From Eledone cirrhosa (lineage: Eukaryota): a DNA stretch of 64,000 nt. Position 1 is the first letter of the stretch. Each line of letters opens with the position of its first letter. The DNA is taken from positions 80,290,001 through 80,354,000 of the forward strand of contig OZ024746.1 in the NCBI GenBank assembly GCA_964016885.1, in the 5' to 3' direction. The translations under genes and the position numbers were made by a program. The notes below the pieces were generated by a model that saw nothing but the letters and a program-made list of their open reading frames with translations, searched no databases and had not been told where the DNA came from. Positions 57,888 through 64,000 of the stretch are shown here, one piece after another.

Positions 57888-58438
57888 TGGTGGCTGCCAA
57901 CTCGTTTTCGAGTACGGCCACTACTTTATATCCATGTAGGAGAACTCCTACCGATGCGCTGAACGAGGGTGACTTTTTAGTCCAGCCAGTGACTTGAAAA
58001 CTCTGGTACAAACACTACACTTGTGACAATTATTGACACATAGTGCTGGGCCCATGGTACCATGTGATGACAAGTGCAGAGAGATCTCCAGATATAAAGC
58101 AATGCCTGTGCCGTGAAGCTTTTATAGTGAGCAAAGGCACTGCACAAAGCCAGTCCCACTCTCTTAACCAAGATGATATTTACCAAAAAGAACAAGTCAA
58201 CATCATTGGATATCATCAGGGTTGCAGGTGTTATATCAGAGTTTTCATTCTCCTAGAATTCTGCCTTGACAAAGGCTAAGGGGTCATCTCTCCCAGTGAT
58301 TTTGGATGGTCATTGACTCTTAAGAGCTCCTTTGCCCTTTGACAGGTTTTGTTTTTAGTCCTGCAGGATGTCCAAAGTCACCCTCCTCACCAAGAAACCT
58401 TGGTGCGGTTGCCAGTTTAGTCGCCAACGACCCGACCA
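57888..58438. mobile_element. Bipartite repeat, copy 3 (longest), termini TGGT...ACCA in CATA repeats
   Basis: Homologous to 4692-5279 and 32369-32826. Confidence 0.85.
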
Positions 58439-58494
58439 TATACATACATACATACATACATACATACATACATACATACATACATACATACATA

Positions 58495-61400
58495 CAATTA
58501 CGCCAACAAGCGACGTTTGTTGAACGTAAAAATAAGATAAATATTATTAATTGTAAGTCCCCCACAACAAACATGTTATCAACAACACGTGCTACAGGTC
58601 GCCATGCTATTAGACTTCCTAGCAGCCAGGTCGAACAGCGTCTTGAAACAACTATGCCTGTAAGAAACTTGACACCACCTGTACCATCTAAGGCTACCTC
58701 GAATGCTGGGGAAAACACTATCGATAATAATAATAATCGAAGAAATTTGACACCACTTGTACCATCCAAGTCTACCTCGACTATTGTGGAAAATGCTATC
58801 GATAATGATAATCAAAATTATAAACAATTAAAAATGTCCTTCAACGAAATCTTCCAGAGAGAAATTAACTCATGTATAAATATCTCTCTAACTGAACGTG
58901 TCAAAACGACAATGTTGAATTAAAAAAAACTAAATAATGAAATATTACGTGTTATTGACGAAATAGGGGATGAATATTTACGACGTATAAAAACCCCAAT
59001 ATTTTGACAAATCAACGCCTGTTTATATGCCTTAGCAACGACAGTGAAGCATTATCTTGGTGATAGCAGAGATATTAACAAGAACAAAACACCACCAAAA
59101 ATACCATCATATATAACTAAAATAAAAAAAAAGATTGCTGACCTACAAAAAAACATAGGATATGTGACAATGCTCCTTACATGCAAACAAACACAAAAAA
59201 ACCTCACTCCTCACCAACAAAGAGTGAAAAATAAAATAGAGACGATGGTTTGTAACAGTAGAACCAGAACTCTCCAATATAAGCTGATCACCCTTAAACA
59301 AGAATTGAGAGCTGTTAGCGAAAAACGCCGATACCTGAAGAAGGTAGATGAGAGAAAAGTGCTTAATAAAAGATTCAGACGAAACCAAACATCAGTCTAT
59401 AGAGATATGAAGAGCAAATAATAAGTGTCACTAAGGCCCCATCCCAGAAAGACAGATTCATTTTGGAGCAAAATATGGGGTGAAAAGAAGAATTTCAACC
59501 AAGATGCAGTGTGGCTAAGAGAAATCCGAAAGAACTATTGCTCCTACACTACAAGAAAAACATACGAAATAAGTGAGGGTACCCTTGAGACTGTGATAGG
59601 AAAACTCCAAGATAAGAAAACACCAGGAAGAGACATGATTGTCGGCTACTGGTACAAAAAACTGATATTCTATCGGAGGTATCTTACTGACCTCTACCAA
59701 CAAGTTCTTAAGGGAGATACACTTATACCAGAATGGTTGACATTAGCACAAACATTACTGGTCCCCAAGAACAAAGACACCCACTTGGCAAAAAACTACC
59801 GACCCATTTCATGCCAGAACCTGATGTATAAGATGTATACAGCCTGCCTGAAACTATTCCTCCAAGATCACTGTGAAAATAATAACATCATCACAGATGA
59901 ACAAGCAGCTGGAAAGAAAGGGGTTTGGGGATGTGCTGAACAACTCCTAATCAACAAAACTGCGATGTCGGAGGTGCGACAACTCAGGAGGAATATGACT
60001 ACAGTCTGGCTGGACTACAGGAAAGCTTTTGATTCTGTTCCCCACTCTTGGATGATAGAGGCCCTCCAACTTGCTAAAGTCCCAGACATTATTGTCAGAG
60101 CCATAGAGAGGCTGTCTTCTTGGGCTACTATCCTAAGGTTAAAGACAGAGAGGGAGGACTCTATTTTCACTGATAAAATAAAATATTTCAGGGGTATATT
60201 TCAGGGGGACAGTCTCTCTGTGATATTATTCATCTTGTCATTAAACCCCTTGTCCTTTCTACTCAAGAAATGTGAGGGATACATCATTGGCTCACAGGAG
60301 GATAGAAATACGAACCTAACCCATAATTTCTTTGTGGACGATCTGAAACTCTATGCCAAGAACATGGATGGAATGAAGAAAAATCTTGACCTGGTTACAA
60401 CGTTCTCAAAGGATATAGGAATGGAGTTTGGCCAGGATAAATGCTCATACATGACTGTCAAGTTGGGAAAAACAACAACCCACTCTAACAACATTGTCAT
60501 CAATGGCCTAACTGTTTCACCGATATCTAATGAGGCCTGCTACAGATACCTGGGGATAGATGAGAACATATCCTATAATGGTATCTGTAATAAAGAACGC
60601 GTAACCAATTAAGAAACCGGATTAAGAAAGATCTGGTCATCGGAACTCTCTGCGCAAAACAAAACAGTGGCTCACAATGTGTTTGCTGTGCCTGTCCTAA
60701 CACCAACGTTTGGAATACTGAATTGGACGATAGACGAAATCCGAGCAGTTGATGTTGGAACTCGAAAAATACTGAACAACACCGGAAACTTCCACATCAA
60801 TAGTGACATATACCGCCTTTACTTGAAACGTAAGCAGGGAGGCAGAGGCCTAACATCAGTCCAGACAACATTTGAATGTCGCATCATATCTCTCCGACAA
60901 CATCTACGAACTTCGAATCGTAGGAGCCCGTTTCTCGAGCAAGTCTATCTGCATGAAACAGATAATATCATGAGAGTTGAGAAGGAACTCCTCGAGAGAT
61001 ATTTCCTGTGTGATAATCAAAAACTCACACCCAGGAATGTCACTCAGCAGTATCGCAGTGAATCCATGGATGAAAAACTGCATGCCTATTAGCAAAAAAT
61101 CATGCATGGATATGTTGCCAGGAAGCTCCAGAGTGAGACTAATATAGCTAAGGAAAGTAGTCTATCTTGGAGCAACAACCGCTATATTGGTTCCCACTTT
61201 GAAGGATACGCTTTTGCAATCCAGGAACAGTAGATTAGCACGAAATACCTGATTCACAAAAGAGATAGGGATGCAGGCAAAACACCTAGATGTGATAACA
61301 AGTGCAGACTCTGCAGAACTAACATCGAGGATATCACCCATGTCATCAGCAGCTGTCCAAAGATGTCATCGCGGTACTATCTACCTATGAGGCATGATGA

Positions 61401-61880
61401 AGTGGCCAAAACACTGTACAATGCAGTTCGTAAAAAAGAAGCCCCGATAATAAACACATTAAAAGCAATGTGGAAGACATCCATGTACATAATATGAAAG
61501 AGTACTGGTGGAATGTTCCAGGAAAAACCCAATAAAATGCAGGCATAACAGACCAGATATTATGATATGGGACAGGGAGAAGAAAGCATGCACAGTAGTG
61601 GAAATTAGCTGTCCAGCAGATGCCAATATAATATCAAAGATTAGTGAAAAGGAGAACATTTATGCAGAACTGATGAGAAATCTGCAGATACTTTCCCCTG
61701 ATTACACCTTCAAATTTATGCCTGTGATTACTGGGGCACTGGGATATGTTAGTAACTGCCTCAATACAAATCTTGAGAAGCTACGCTTCACAGGAACAGA
61801 AAGAACTCAACTAGATAGGAAATTACAAGTACAATCCATTAATGGAACAGTAAAAACATTCAAAAAATGTGCATCTAATA
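58495..61880 (+). pseudogene. Disrupted RLE-type non-LTR retrotransposon (R4/Dong-like): RT, CCHC finger and restriction-like endonuclease
   Basis: RT motifs YRPISCQNLMYK, LDYRKAFDSVPH, GIFQGDSLS, FVDDLK, YRYLG (59425-60612); CRLC..EDITHVISSC and RHD (~61300-61400); NRPDIMIWD..VVEISCP (61545-61620); several stops and frameshifts; (TACA)n immediately 5'. Confidence 0.92.
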
Positions 61881-62551
61881 ACTGCATATACACATGTACA
61901 GATACAAAGCATATACACATGCACACATACAACTCAAAACATCCACATCCACACATACAATAACATCCATATCTACAATGGCATACATACATATCTACCT
62001 AGTTGATGTTGTGTAAATTCCAATGAGAGTGTCTTGTGTCTATGTTAGAAACCGACTCTCTCTCTATTGGTAAAACTTTGTGAAATTATAAAACCAGAAG
62101 AACATACATACATATATGCGAACGTTTGTACATACTGTGAGATGACCACACAGTTTCAATCTATAAAATTCCACTGGGAATCAATGGTAAATATAAGTGG
62201 TACAGAAGAAAACACTTGTTTAACGTACCGCATGGTGGAATCGAACCCAGTGCAGCATGGTTGATAGATGAACTTCATAACCATACGCCATTACATACAC
62301 TTAATAATCGTTGTCTTCATTATGTATAAGTAAATATGCATTTTATGTGCGCATGCTCGTGTTTGCCAGTGTATCTATTTATACAGGAGTGTATTTTATG
62401 TGGGAATGTGTATTGTATGTGTGTGTGTGTTTAACAGGCGGGAGAATAGATCCAAAATGGCGGATTGTGATTGTATTTGTACGTATTTATTTGATGGCAT
62501 ATTATAATAAATATATATATATATATATATACGTACATAAACAGACACAGG

Positions 62552-62583
<32 letters not shown>

Positions 62584-62631
62584 TGCACACACACACACGT
62601 ATTTACATATATATATATATATACATATATA

Positions 62632-62735
<104 letters not shown>

Positions 62736-63275
62736 AGTGATAGACAGATAGGGAGAGATGTATAAATGTGCATATATATATGTGTGTGCGTGCGTGTGTG
62801 TATGTGTGTGGTGCACATATAGAGATGGCGGCGGAGATGCATGAGATAGAGTAAAGCGGTTTATATGACATTTTTCTCCTTCTTTTCACTATTTTTTTTT
62901 GTTTTTGGTTTCTTCGTTTTCTTTATAGTGTTTCAGTTTTTCTTTTTTTCTTTTTTTTTTTAGAGTTTATGATATTTTAGTTGTTTCTGTTTTGTTTTGA
63001 TTATTTTTTTCCTAGTCCATCCAGCCTAGATATATACATACACCTTATATATCTTAACAGAAAGCAAATATTGACTCATATCCCATTCTCTCAACTACAC
63101 ACTTAGCTTTTTATCTTGCGATATTTACAAAGAAGAAAGAAACACAGCTGTTGTACGGTAGTTTATTAGCATTTCACATCTAAATATAATGTTTGTAGTC
63201 ACAGAACAAACATGTCTCCTCCTCTATATGATCGTACACAGATGTGTGTCTACGTGTAAGTGTCAATGTGCACCA

Positions 63276-63381
<106 letters not shown>

Positions 63382-63498
63382 GTGGGTGGGTGAGTGTATT
63401 TGTGATAGAGATTGAGGGAAGGGTGTTTGTGTACGCATGTCTGTGCGTATAGATATGTATTGTGTATGTATACACGCACACACACACATACATATATA

Positions 63499-63568
<70 letters not shown>

Positions 63569-63684
63569 AAGTAGTACTTGATATTTAACATAGAGTAATA
63601 TACACGGGCATATATATATATATATGAATATATATATATATATATATACATATATATGAATATATATATATGTATATATATATA

Positions 63685-63722
<38 letters not shown>

Positions 63723-63827
63723 TATATATACATGTACATATATATATATGTGTGTGTGTACATATATATATATGTATATATATGTACATATATATATATA
63801 TGTGTATATATATATACATATCTTTAT

Positions 63828-63884
<57 letters not shown>

Positions 63885-63957
63885 TATATGCATATACATA
63901 TATACATATAAATGTATATATATATATGCACATATATGCATATACATATATACATAT

Positions 63958-64000
<43 letters not shown>

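Overview
This is eukaryotic, AT-rich and microsatellite-saturated non-genic DNA, most consistent with an octopod cephalopod (an inference from the tRNA-derived SINEs and extreme (TA)n/(CA)n/(GA)n content). I recognise no host protein-coding exon, and nearly all ORFs in the track are translations of simple repeats. Real coding remnants are all retroelement-derived: two Penelope-like (PLE) GIY-YIG endonuclease fragments, a long disrupted RLE-type (R4/Dong-like) LINE plus a second RLE 3' end, both in (TACA)n, and RTE and APE-LINE fragments. There are also about 18 SINE copies, several MITEs and large minisatellites. The most striking hidden structure is a set of short inserts from many unrelated families inside (TA)n tracts. 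They share one architecture: (TA)n - inverted arm - forward arm - unique tail (often with a YGAGTRCT motif) - (TA)n. Many carry type I hammerhead ribozyme motifs, including U3-A8 core variants and a recurrent C-C mismatch in stem II. One is physically joined to a GIY-YIG ORF, tying the set to Penelope-like retroelements. All structures were folded by eye and coordinates of degenerate ends are approximate.
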